A DNA stretch of 62,933 nt, counting the filler, from Octopus bimaculoides (Eukaryota): the NCBI RefSeq assembly GCF_001194135.2. It is 6 parts of 6 records of this genome, joined end to end, with 100 filler letters (N's around TTAATTAATTAA, not from the genome) between each part and the next. Parts side by side here need not be neighbours in the genome. Positions count along the whole stretch, not along the records: positions 16,075 to 22,274 come from NC_068989.1; positions 22,375 to 27,304 come from NC_068986.1; positions 27,405 to 59,038 come from NC_069002.1; 3 more parts are not named here. One strand, 5' to 3'. Shown in pieces: positions 21,471 through 32,600 of this stretch. The position numbers and the translations under genes were made by a program. Below the pieces are notes generated by a model. That model did no database searches and was not told the DNA's origin. It was given only the letters and a program-made list of their open reading frames with translations. The stretch's first letter is position 1; the number at the start of each line of letters is the position of its first letter.

Positions 21471-21689
21471 GTTCAATTATAGGCTAAATGGATTTCAATA
21501 AAAATCTATAATAAATTGATCTGTGTAAAAAGGTCAACAAGAAGAGTATTCCATCTAATGAGAGTCCGCTATTAATGAATGTGTTTCACTCCACGTGTAT
21601 TACACGCGCTGCTAATAGTTTCACGTACATCACAAGTACGTTCATTAGGCGCTGGTTATTTTATGAAACTAAGAAGTTTAAAAATATAT

Positions 21690-22080
21690 ACAGGAATGGC
21701 TGTGTGGTAAATAGCTTGCTTACTAACCACATGGTTCCGGGTTCAGTCCCACTGCATGGCACTTTGAGCAAGTGTCTTCTACTATAGCCTCGGGCTGACC
21801 AAAGCCTTGTGAGTGGATTTGGTAGAAGGAAATTGAAATCGTATATATATATATATACATATATATGTTTGTGTGTCTGTGTTTGTCTCCCCCAACATCG
21901 CTTGACAACTGTTGTTGGTGTGTTTACGTCCCTGTAGCTTAGCGGTTCTGCAAAAGAGACCAATGGAATAAGTACTAGGCTTACAAAGAATAAGTCCTTG
22001 GGTCAATTTGTTTGACTAAAGGGGGTGCTCCAGCATGGCCACGGTGAAATGACTGAAACAAATAAAAGAGAATAAAAGAA
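21690..22080 (+). mobile_element. SINE family A, full length, type-1 tail
   Basis: caggaatggctgtgtggtaaatagcttgcttactaaccacatggttccggg...(ta)n(tg)n...gtgctccagcatggcc...gaaacaaataaaagag. Confidence 0.9.
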
Positions 22081-22191
22081 TATATAGTAAATCCAAAGGA
22101 AAACGAAGAACAAATACAACACAAAAGCAACGACGCGAGGACGTGGTACATGCAAAGTATTAGCAGACGCTCAGAAAAGGAAAGAAAGGTA

Positions 22192-22226
22192 GTTTGACGT
22201 TTCGAGCAAAGCTCTTCGTCAGAAAC
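22192..22226 (-). ncRNA. Minimal type I hammerhead ribozyme (PLE terminal repeat), intact
   Basis: gttt CUGACGA a gagc-uuu-gcuc GAAA CGU C aaac: stem I gttt/aaac, stem II 4 bp, palindromic stem III ACGU, GUC cleavage triplet. Confidence 0.85.
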
Positions 22227-22274
22227 AGGAGACGAAGGAAAAAAATCCCCAACGATCCACATGTGGTTACATTA

Positions 22275-22374
22275 NNNNNNNNNNNNNNNNNNNNNNNNNN
22301 NNNNNNNNNNNNNNNNNNTTAATTAATTAANNNNNNNNNNNNNNNNNNNNNNNNNNNNNNNNNNNNNNNNNNNN
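22275..22374. other. Artificial assembly join linker 2
   Basis: N44-TTAATTAATTAA-N44. Confidence 0.97.
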
Positions 22375-22624
22375 GCTAAAGACCGAGGTTACCGTGGTCT
22401 TTTCGTAGGTTTTTCTTTCCACGGATAACCTCCCCATTTATTGGGAATTTTTTGTATTATTTCGTATTTTTTGTAAATACCCCAAACGTTTTGCGATGTT
22501 TTTTTTCATCGTTGTCCCCACTTTTGTTTTTTTTCTGCTTTGTTTTCGACCCCCTCGAAAAGAAAAACTCTACATTTGTATTTTGTCCCCTCTGTGTTGA
22601 GCCCTGTGTGGCTAATAAAGAAAC
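22375..22624 (+). mobile_element. Putative LINE 3' end abutting (TATC)n
   Basis: T-rich 3'-UTR-like tract ending gtcccctctgtgttgagccctgtgtggctaataaagaaac, the same tail seen in family B SINEs. Assignment to a LINE is inference. Confidence 0.45.
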
Positions 22625-22682
<58 letters not shown>

Positions 22683-23234
22683 GTCTGTCTGACTGTCTGT
22701 CTATCTATCTATTTGTGTGTGTGTGTGTCTTTGTGGTTGTCTCTCTACCTCTTGGCAACCGGTGTGGGTTTGTTTGTGCCCTCGTAACTTGGCGGTTCAG
22801 TCAAAGAACGATAGAATGCATACTGAATAAAAAAAAAACACAATACTGGTCGATTTGTTCGATAAAGCATTTCGAGGTAGTGCCTACCCCAGCATGGCCA
22901 CTGCCAGATGAGTTAAACCAGTCAATGATATATGATAATATCTCAAGATCACTTACTTCCTACAAACACGTGAGAAACTCGTAGACATGTTGAACATGTC
23001 TGGCCGCCCCTGGTCTTAGACCTTCTCTTCAAAAACTGCAATATCTTGTGATTATGTAAAATATGTTATGTTTTGTTTTGTCTGCTAGTGAAAATACATC
23101 ATATGTTGGTGACAAGATCAGTAGTCTGGCATTAAAACAGTATCAGAGTCGATATTCAAATAATAAAATATAAACTCACAAATATGAAGACATATCGGAA
23201 TTTTGTTTTCTTCAAGAAGAGGATTTTCAAATAA

Positions 23235-23915
23235 TATTGGGTTAAGTCAAAAGTTTTGCAATATTTTGGTGACTTATTTGCTTTCTTGGTCAATTTACGA
23301 CGACAGCAGCCGGGCATCTAAAATAGAAGCTATCGTGTTGCACCGTCTGGGGCCACTTTTCTGCCAGTTCTTTGATTCCATGCAGCTCTTGCCCTTCGAG
23401 GCAAAAAACTCCTTCATTAAAATTTCCACCTCTTCTTGAGGAATAGTTGCGAGCGCAGGAAGTGAGCCATAACTCGAAACAAGTAATCATCCGAAGGAGA
23501 TATTTTTCCGCAATCTTAACATGAAAAAAGCAGTGGTTAAGCAAGGACCAGCTTCTAGAATTTGCCACCAAATATGGGCGTTTCGAACGCAAGGTGATGC
23601 TCTGCCTCTGCTGGAATCATGAGGAGATAATTCACTACGAGTTCGCTCCTGGGTGTCGAACCATCGATGCCAACCTGTTCTCCGAACAACTGGAATGAAT
23701 TATACCATTGTTCAGCAAAAATATCCGGCAGTTGTTAACAGAAACCGAGCTTTTCTGCAGCAAGACAACGCATATAGCCGAACCTCAGCTCCCTCGGATT
23801 ATTACTCTTCCGAGCCACGGCTCACTTCCAGCGCTCACGATGCTTCATCAATCATGAAGAGATGGAAGCTTCAGTGAAGGAATTCTTCATCTTGAAGGAC
23901 AAGAACTGGTATCAG
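23235..23915. mobile_element. Mariner relic with inverted 3' duplication
   Basis: + strand: KVMLCLCWNHEEIIHYE...FLQQDNA...APSDYY. - strand: PSDDYLFRVMAHFLRS...GIKELAEKWPQTVQHDSFYF, then TIR tattgggttaagtcaaaagttttgcaatatt at 23235. Confidence 0.85.
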
Positions 23916-24231
23916 ATAAAGCAAATACCACTTGAACCCTGGTAGTTCATGTAATCCACTTAACCCCTCCCCTGAAGTTTCGGGCCTGGTGCCAAAATTT
24001 GAAGGCGATAATGCTTTATAATTACAGGCACAAAAACAAGACCAACGTTTTTGAGGGGAGGAGATTAGTAGAATTAGTAGACTACACCGATCTTATCCGA
24101 CTGGTATTTTATTTTATTGATCCTGAGGAGATGAATGGCAAAAATTGATCTCAGTGGGATTTGAACCTAGTGTGTAAAAATCTGGAACAAAGGTGCAGTA
24201 GTGGCTGTGTGTTAAGTAGCTTGCTTACCAA

Positions 24232-25880
24232 GTGACTCACACCCGCTTCCGTTTTTGTGTTTGCTGTACTGCAAGTCAGTCGTGTTTGTTCCTTCGTTGG
24301 ATTATCGTTTGTGAACTGTCTTCAATGTTGGATTGTACACTTGTTGGACTGTTTTACGTTTGTGACGCCTCCTGGTGCGGGAAGGTAAGGAATATAAAAA
24401 AAAATACTCTGAAAATTTTACTTTTCTTGTTGGAAAAATTGAACTTTGTCAAGCCGTCATAGACTTTTTTGTTGCGCCACGCCCCGAAGCGTGGTGGGTG
24501 GAATTGGAACTACTGTCGTCATTTAGAGGAGATTTATTGTAGGTTTCCGCTTGTAATTTTGAACCATTTCTTGCCGTTTTATCGTTACACCTCACCCCAG
24601 TGGGGGTAGATATTGAACTACTGTCCTCATTTAGAGGAAAATTGATTATAGGCTTCCACTTGTGGAGAGGGCTAAACTTGCGCAATCCCGGGCAGGTCGA
24701 TCCAAGACAACCTCCATCTTATACGCTACATCTTAGAAAGGGTAGGGAAGCTTTCTGGCGCAGGAGGGGCACTGGTACATTTAGACCAGTCTAAAGCGTT
24801 TGGAAGGGTCGACCATTGGTACTTGGCAGCGGTCTTTGAGAAAGCTGGCCTGGGTCCGACCTTCCGCGGTTTGATTGCTGCTTTGTACAGCGACATCGTT
24901 AAAGTGAACGGTTTCTTTTCGAAGCCATTCAGGATCGAGCGTTCAGTGTCAGGGGTGTCCCCTGTCCCCGCTTTTGTATGTATTGGCTCTTGAGCCATTG
25001 CTGCGAAAGTTGGAAGCACAAGGAGGCGCATCGCATGATCCATGGTATGGAAGAGGAGCTACGACGTATGCGGATGACATCTCCATCATCGTGGCGGATG
25101 AGGGCCAGCTTTCAGTGGTGGAAGAGGCCATCAGAAACTACGAGGCGGTGGTAGGATCAAAGGTTAACAAGGACAAGTCGGTCGGTTTGCAACTAGGCAC
25201 CTGGAGGTGCAAGCCGATGGCGTGCAATAACGTCGTGGGACGTTAGACGGAAGGTTCTGTTAAGCTGTTCGGAGTCTGGTTTGGTCCCGACCTCCAGATG
25301 GAGAAGAATTGGAGTGAGGTGACCAGCAAGGTGACTGCTCTGACCCAGACTTGGTCTGGACGGGCGTTATCCTTGCTAGGGAGGGCGGAGCTGGTGCAGA
25401 TGTTTATAGCATCAGTTATCAACTAGCGCCCGACCGAGGTGCCTTACCCCGATTTGTGGTTGAACAAGTTGGAAAGAATCCTTTTCCAATTTTTGTGGAA
25501 GGGAGGAAAGCCACTTGTGAAGCTCTCTGTCTGCTGCCAGAAACCGCCAAAGGGTGGTTAGGGATGCCTTGGCTGAAGATGTGAAAATTTGCGTTCAGGT
25601 TGATGCACCTCTGGCTTTACCTGGATGGAGAGCAGGTGTGGTCACCGCACGTCTGTTTCTAACTCCTGCAGTTAAAGTCCTTAACGGACATTGGTACATG
25701 GATCAAGCAGAGACCTAGACTGGGGGACTAGCAATGCCGGCAACAAGAGTTCCACTGCGGATTTCTATAGCGGGATACTGGGATCGAAGTGCGAAGACCC
25801 CTTAGGGGAGACCCTGGGCTACGATGTAAGTCAGATGATCAACCTGTTCAGAAGAACGTTCGAGCCGACGTTTTTAAAAT
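24232..25880 (+). mobile_element. Tx1/L1-like non-LTR retrotransposon, internally deleted pseudogene
   Basis: IPGRSIQDNLHLIRYIL...LDQSKAFGRVDH...CPLSPLLYVLALEPLL...YADDISII...WSGRALSLLGR...FLWKG...GGLG, with stops and frameshifts. The upstream about 430 bp looks non-coding. Confidence 0.92.
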
Positions 25881-26164
25881 AGTCAATATTTTTTGTAGTT
25901 CAAAAATTGCGATTTATGACCTAAAATGTCCTCTAGAATTTGCTAGAGCTGACGATGACAAACTTTAACTACTAAATCTTGTTAAACGCACCTCTGCAAC
26001 TGCTATGTACTTAAGCAATTCACTTTGAATACAACGAACAACCAATGGAGTTCATGGCAGGCAATGGGTTAAATGACTCTGGTTATTAGCTACTTAGCTT
26101 TAACTTGGGTTTATTATCTACTGAATTGAATGTGACAGTGAAGAGTAAAGCCGCGTAGTTTAGT

Positions 26165-26470
26165 TACTAGTGTATTAGGCTCACGATCATAAGGACCTGA
26201 GTTCGATTTCTGGCGACGAGTTTTGTCCTTCAGTAAGACACTTCATTTCACGTTGCTCCACTTCACTCAGCTATCAAAAAAAATGAATTGTACCTGTGAT
26301 TTAAAGTACCAGCCTTGTCACACTCTGTGTCAGGCGGAATCTCCCCGAGATTCACGTTAAGGGTACGCGTACATGTGGAGTGCTCAGCCATTTCCACGCA
26401 AATTTCTCGAATAGGCTGTTCTGTTGATCAGATCAGCTTGAAGACATGTCGTTGTAACTGGTGGAGTGCT
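26165..26470 (+). mobile_element. CORE-like SINE carrying the family R tail
   Basis: gagttcgatttctgg...gacacttcatttcacgttgctcc...cttgtcacactctgtgtc...gggtacgcgtacatgtggagtgctcagcc. A related minus-strand copy lies at about 42520-42840. Confidence 0.7.
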
Positions 26471-26640
26471 CGTATTGAATGTGACAAAAAAGAAGTTGAA
26501 ATAACAATTATGAACAACGGAAAGAAAATATGGCGTGTGCTAAAAAGTTTAACGTATGTCTCTCATTTGGAATAAATGTCATTTTGATGGTACTAATTAA
26601 TTGTTATTAAAAGAAAACAATTTCAAAAACACTACTTAAA

Positions 26641-26672
<32 letters not shown>

Positions 26673-27108
26673 GAAAATAACTCAAGAAATAGAAGTTAAT
26701 TAAATTGATTATTATCAATTATTATTTCGCAAGAATCAAGATAAAAATATTAATGAAAAGTAAATAAATAAAAGTCGCAAAGAGACATTTAATTAATTTG
26801 CATTTTCGATAAAAGTTCATTTGCTAATATTTGTTGGGGTCAATTTTCTATTTTATCCTTTCGATAAAATAAGTACCAATTAAAACCTAGAGTCGATGTA
26901 ATTACCCTATCCCCCGGGATTCCTGGCCTTGTGTCAACAATTTGAAACCAATATTCTTAAAACTTTAATGCATCATTTCATAAACAGTGGCAATACAAGG
27001 GCGGCGGCGAGGTGGCAGAAATGTTAGCACTCCGGGCGAAATGCTTAGCGGTATTTCGTCTGTCTTTACGTTCTGAGTTCAAATTCCGTCGAGGTCGACT
27101 TTGCCTTT

Positions 27109-27150
<42 letters not shown>

Positions 27151-27304
27151 ATGTAACCGCAATCATCAGAATCGTATACAGAGTTGCCCACCGCCATGGG
27201 TGCGCGTGCATATGGTTCTGCTAATTACAGCTTAATGGTAAAATTCAAAAGTCTTCGTTTTGGCGCGCTGTGATTTTAAATGTCTTGCCCGCTCACGTTT
27301 TTGG

Positions 27305-27404
27305 NNNNNNNNNNNNNNNNNNNNNNNNNNNNNNNNNNNNNNNNNNNNTTAATTAATTAANNNNNNNNNNNNNNNNNNNNNNNNNNNNNNNNNNNNNNNN
27401 NNNN
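27305..27404. other. Artificial assembly join linker 3
   Basis: N44-TTAATTAATTAA-N44. Confidence 0.97.
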
Positions 27405-27750
27405 CAATACCTATTGTCATAGGTGCCCTGGGAATGACAGCGAAACGGGCTGATTACTACCTAGATCAGATTCCAGGAAACCCCAAAATGGCTGAAGTTC
27501 AAAAGATAGTGCTCATGGGAACTGCCCATATCCTACGTAAAATACTGTCTATGTGATCTCAAATTTTAAAGCAAACACATAATTTTCTTATGGTTTCTTA
27601 AACATTCACTTGAACAAAACTGTACAAATCCAAATATATGGTACCCTAGGCATAACACCTACATGAACTTCTAACTTGTTGTCTCTTGAGGTCTCTGGGT
27701 GAGACTTGGATCCAACTTGTACAAATGCAAAACAAAAGTCAAACATAAAA
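27405..27750 (+). mobile_element. R4/Dong-clade non-LTR element 3' end followed by (TAA)n
   Basis: IPIVIGALGM...EVQKIVLMGTAHILRKILSM* (stop 27554-27556). The UTR contains gaggtctctgggtgagacttgga. (TAA)n at 27751-27773. Confidence 0.85.
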
Positions 27751-27776
27751 TAATAATAATAACAATAATAATTATG

Positions 27777-28520
27777 ATCAATTCACACGTGGTCTGTTGC
27801 TTTGATGAGATATGGAGCAGGAAGAGCATCTTGGAAGAAGCATGAACTACAAGCGATACACCGAAGAATAGGTAAATTAATGACAATGAACAAGGAACTA
27901 CACCCCAAGAGTAATGTGTCAAGATTGTATGTAAAGAGGAACGAAGGAGGATAGGGATTGGTGTGTTGTGAAGCTTGTGTAAGGGAAGAGGAGAATAGCC
28001 TGGCTTTGTATATCAAGGGGAGTAAAGAAGAAAGAATTGAAGCAGTGAAAAAGCAGGAACATTAAAAATGAACGAAGCCGTAGATCCAACACAATTTAAG
28101 AAAGACCAGAGAGAGGAGATGAAGAAAATTTGGCAGGACAAGAAAATACACAGTTCTTTAAGAATAAAGATGAGATTGATTGAAACACATTCAGGCAATG
28201 GCTGCAGAAAGGAGACTTAAAGGGGCTCACTGTGGCATTAGTGTGCAGTGTTCAAGAACAAGCTCTCAGAAAAAACTACTCCAAATATCACGTTGATAAA
28301 AGCAGTGACTCACTACAATGCACGGTGTGCTCTGAGAAGGGAGAAAGTGTAAGCCATATTGTTAGTGAGTACTGTAAGCTCTCACAGCACTAATACAAAA
28401 GGAGACACGACAATGCAGCCTGACATGTCGACTGGTTATTTTGCAATGGAAGAAGGGAAAACGAACATTACAAAATACTCTGAGATTTTAACGTGCAGTG
28501 CGACCAAGTTATAGGAGCGA
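27777..28520 (+). mobile_element. R4/Dong-clade ORF fragment (RT end to CCHC), pseudogenic
   Basis: RYGAG...ELHPKSNVSRLYVKRNEGG*GL...WLQKGDLK...VQEQAL...CTVCSEKGESVSHIVSE...YKRRHD. Confidence 0.85.
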
Positions 28521-29650
28521 GATTGGTTTATTGGTTGAACGGTATTTCGACAGTAAAGCTGACTTTGTCAAGTTCAAAATAAAAAAAATGACAAAATTTC
28601 AAAATTATAGAAATTAAAATCTAAAGTGTGAACGAGAGCAACCAACGTCCATACGTTGAAGGTACGGCATCACCAGTCTTTAAATTTCAGTTTTATAACT
28701 GTAGAAAAGAAACAGAGTGTAAAAAAAGAGAGCGAATAATAGAAAGAAAAGAAAGGAAAGAAATAGGAAACGAAAAAGAAGAATATTTAATCAAACAGTT
28801 TTGTATAAATTTGATTATAGTTTCCTCCAATTTTATTCATTTCTCGTGTGCGTGATGTTAACTTGCAGACATGTTTCTACCCATGCATTTGGCGTAACGT
28901 AAGGGAAGCATATTCATAATATTTTCTGAGAATATGTACTTTCAAGTCTTTTTCAAAATTGCAGCCGTTTGAAACGAAATGTTTGGCAAGTTGTGTTGAA
29001 CTACTGTTGTTGTTCCTGACGTCATAATTGTACCCATTAAATCATTTGTTTAATTGTGTTGTACAACCAACATTAATCAAGTTATGTTTCATGCATTCTG
29101 CCGCATACACCATATGGAAATCTCTACATGTTTCACCTTCTGTACAAATCATAACATTTTTGTTATGATTCCTGATAGAATTCCTTGATTTCTTTTATGT
29201 TGGTCGCACAACAAAACATTTAAACAAACTGTTCTCTATGATAGGTACTTTGAGACCCTGACCTTGGTCATACGACGTCTCATGTATAAGGGAAGCATCA
29301 CAAACTGGTCTGAGGAGCAGATCATTTTAGCCATCATTCAAGGTTCCTTTTCATTGCGAAGATAGCTACCACATTCTCATATGTCTATCCTCGACAGATA
29401 TGAACTACGGAAGCCCATACTTCTTCCAGGCATTTTTCTCTTTCGCTCATATGTTATTGTTCCTTTTTTGGGTGCAAACTATTTTCTCTCTTGGCAAGAC
29501 AATGAAATTAGGTCAAATAACGTGTTTCTGATATTTTTAATGGCCTCCGCTTACCCTTGCAGTGAATGAAATATCCCCGTATTTGTAACATTTGTGATGG
29601 AAGTTTTTCCTTCGAGTGTTTCGTCGTTACTGTCTTTGTAAAAAACATTA
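28520..29650 (-). mobile_element. Penelope-like element (Neptune-type GIY-YIG), decayed
   Basis: TCRDFHMVYAAECMKHNLINVGCTTQLNK*FNG...QLAKHFVSNGCNFEKDLKVHIL...MNKIGGNYNQIYTKLFD*, followed by a terminal repeat with a hammerhead. Confidence 0.75.
28537..28575 (-). ncRNA. Minimal hammerhead variant (U3/A8 core), partly decayed
   Basis: gaac UUGACAA a gucag-cuuua-cuguc GAAA UAC C guuc: stem I gaac/guuc is perfect, stem II has one mismatch, and stem III AUAC is one change from palindromic AUAU. Confidence 0.6.
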
Positions 29651-32600
29651 CTGCTGCCTTCCTGTAGTAGCATCAGCATTACTGTCGATATCGTTGTCAC
29701 AGTTGATGGTTATGCGTTTATTGTTTTCACGGGTCATGTTGGAGTTAGTAACCTTGTCTTGGCTTTTAGTGTTGTTTTTGTAGTTGTTCGTAGTGCTGGT
29801 GGTGAAGTTATTGTTTGTAGGTTTTTTTCTTTTTTTCAGTGGGAATGGAAACTGTTGGCGATTATGAGTAGGTCGTCTGCTACGAGAGAGCTCATACATT
29901 TTCTCTTACGATCACTCACTCCTCTATTCAAAAAAGATCAATTGAAAATATATATCCGAAAATATTTTCAGGATGCGTAATTCAAACCGTCAAACTTTTC
30001 CATTGTGCACCTACATCCGTCTTCCTTCAATCAGGGATGACAAAAGTTGGCAGGTCAGCTTATTAGATGTATAGTAATGATGCACTATTATTACAATAAC
30101 CGTGCACAGTTATAACTGCCTCTCAAAACCTCGTAGATGTAATAGATCCTCATTCTAGTTTTGCTATTGCCACTTTCACATTCTATTTTTGGTTTAAATG
30201 ACTCCTCGTTCATGCATGAAATATGAAATTCATATAAAACAATATTATATAGGATATTGTACATTTCACTTATTCACGGATGGTTCTATAGCTTTCGATT
30301 GACCTAACGAATAGTCCGAGTCACTAAAACAGAACAGTACAAATAAATAATAGCTTAAGTATAGAGACAGATAGATAGCCCTCATTCTATTTCTCATCCT
30401 CCCACTCTAACATGTATTTTCTTTCGAATGCATTTTCTTTCGCTGATATGGACCTTTCCTTATGAAAGCTAAATATAAATATTATATATTCAGAATCTTC
30501 CGTAAAGTATGGCATTTAGAATTAGACGCTTTCGTTTTCTTATGTGTTGTATCAGATTCCTGTGCTTATACAGGGCACCAAATTTTATCATCTCTAAAAA
30601 CATTTATGATTCCTATTTTACCAAATATTTAAGAGCGCAATATTCAGTGAAATCCTCTTTATCTAAGCAAGGCGTGATGTGATGGATAACTGGTGTCAAC
30701 TTCGTGCAAATGAAACTATCCTCCTAAGCGTCCACCATTCGATGTTCTTGTTCTTATTTTTATATGGGTTCATGATTGTTACCTTTGCCCTATCAGAATC
30801 AGAACCATATCCCCTTCCGTAGACTGTATAGTGCACAATTGTTCAACGGGTCTTCTTTTCACTAATAAACTAATTTTAATATCTGCCTTTTACATATATC
30901 AAATGATATGCAATGAAGACAAACTCACATATGTTAAGCGTTTCTCAAATATAGTTAGTAAGATCATATGTCACAATAAACTAAATTGCAGAATAAGAGA
31001 AGCAACATAAAATAAAATGAATTGCATCGATTAGCACCTTAATGTTTTAATCATTAGATACAATTTCAGTGGTACACTTAGATACGTATAAGATGTGATG
31101 CCAATTTAGCAATCAGACATGAGTTATAACTTTTTGATTATTTCGTTCAATGTCTAGAAAATATTTTAAATAGTTAACTTAATTATTTTTGACATGTCGC
31201 AATCGAGGGTCAGCTAAATCGAAGATTTATTTCACCGTAGAAAACAATTTACAAAGCGGTATCTCTTTGCCGAAAGTGAGCTTGCTTCAGTCAATTGAAT
31301 AAATGTGATAATGCCTTAGAAATTATTCACTTCGTATAATATTTGTCTCTTCCTTCAACGAGACTGACAAGGGAGAAATTATGATTATGGTAATTTGGAA
31401 TTTATGACACAAGGTCCAATCATTCATTAATCATACTATTTTTATTCATGTTTCATTCTTATTTATATTTAGTGAGATTATTCATAAGATTCAGGGGTTA
31501 TATCGTTATGTAAAGTTGATCTTAGAAATGTATGTTTTATCTTTTTTATTATTTTCTAAATTTTGGAAGAAACGATTATTCAGTTAAATACTTTTCACTT
31601 CTTATTATAAGATAAATCTTCGTCTATTACTGGTATTCCTATGTATATTAGGATACTTTCGAATTGTATGACTTGTGATGGCGGTACGACTTGAACTATA
31701 GTCCTCGACATTAGCATAGTGAGTTTATTCTCAGCAGCGCACACTGATTAGAAGACGATCTATGAATTGCTATAGACCCCATTGCTAAAATCTAATAAAT
31801 TCGGGTATTTCGACATGATGGGCATCACAATGTATAATCAATATGAAGTTATCTGGTTTAACGTTGGGTTAAAGCAATATTTATACGTAATTAATGAGTT
31901 TACAAGTATCAGCTTTATAACTATTGTCACGCATTGAGTAAATTTATTTTAATAATTTCACATATATGTCTATGGAAGTGTCTCTTTAAAAGATCAGATG
32001 ATTTTATTTCCTTAGAACTTTCATTCCTAATCTGTTCAGTAACGATGGAAAGAGTGTTCAAATGTGGATTATTGAATTATCCAGTTTTTATAATGTACGG
32101 CAGACTCCCTTCCTCCACGGAAAGTATGATGATGCATCGATCGTAAGATCAAATTTACGATACCAAATTATATTAGTCATAGTTTTTAAAAATTGTTGCC
32201 TCTTTTTCGGAGGTCAAGGAAAGAGGCTTCCAGTTTGTATCGAAATCTACACAAAAGAATATTAGATTTAAGACAAATTCATTTTGTTTGACCCGTTTAA
32301 GTAACATGAAGAATGTTCTTTGAAATCTAGGTGCATAGACAGCTTGTACAAGCGTTATAATCAAGAAATGAATTTAAGTCAAAATAGGCTATTCACATTT
32401 ATTGGATGTCTACGATCTTGTAATTATTATGGTTTCGTTATTCTTTTATATTTGACCATCAATTGGCAACAGAAATGTATCCGTTTACAATAATATATAC
32501 AGCACAGGAGCTTATTTTCTCTACTCTCAGTTTACAAATGAAGTATTGGAAACATGATGGATTCTTTATATTTCACTCTATAAACAATCATGAAACAATA

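Noticed and set aside
29839-29980. Strong acceptor followed by WEWKLLAIMSRSS...YFQDA* as a terminal exon
   Set aside because: No upstream partner exon or homology recognised, and it lies next to a decayed PLE.
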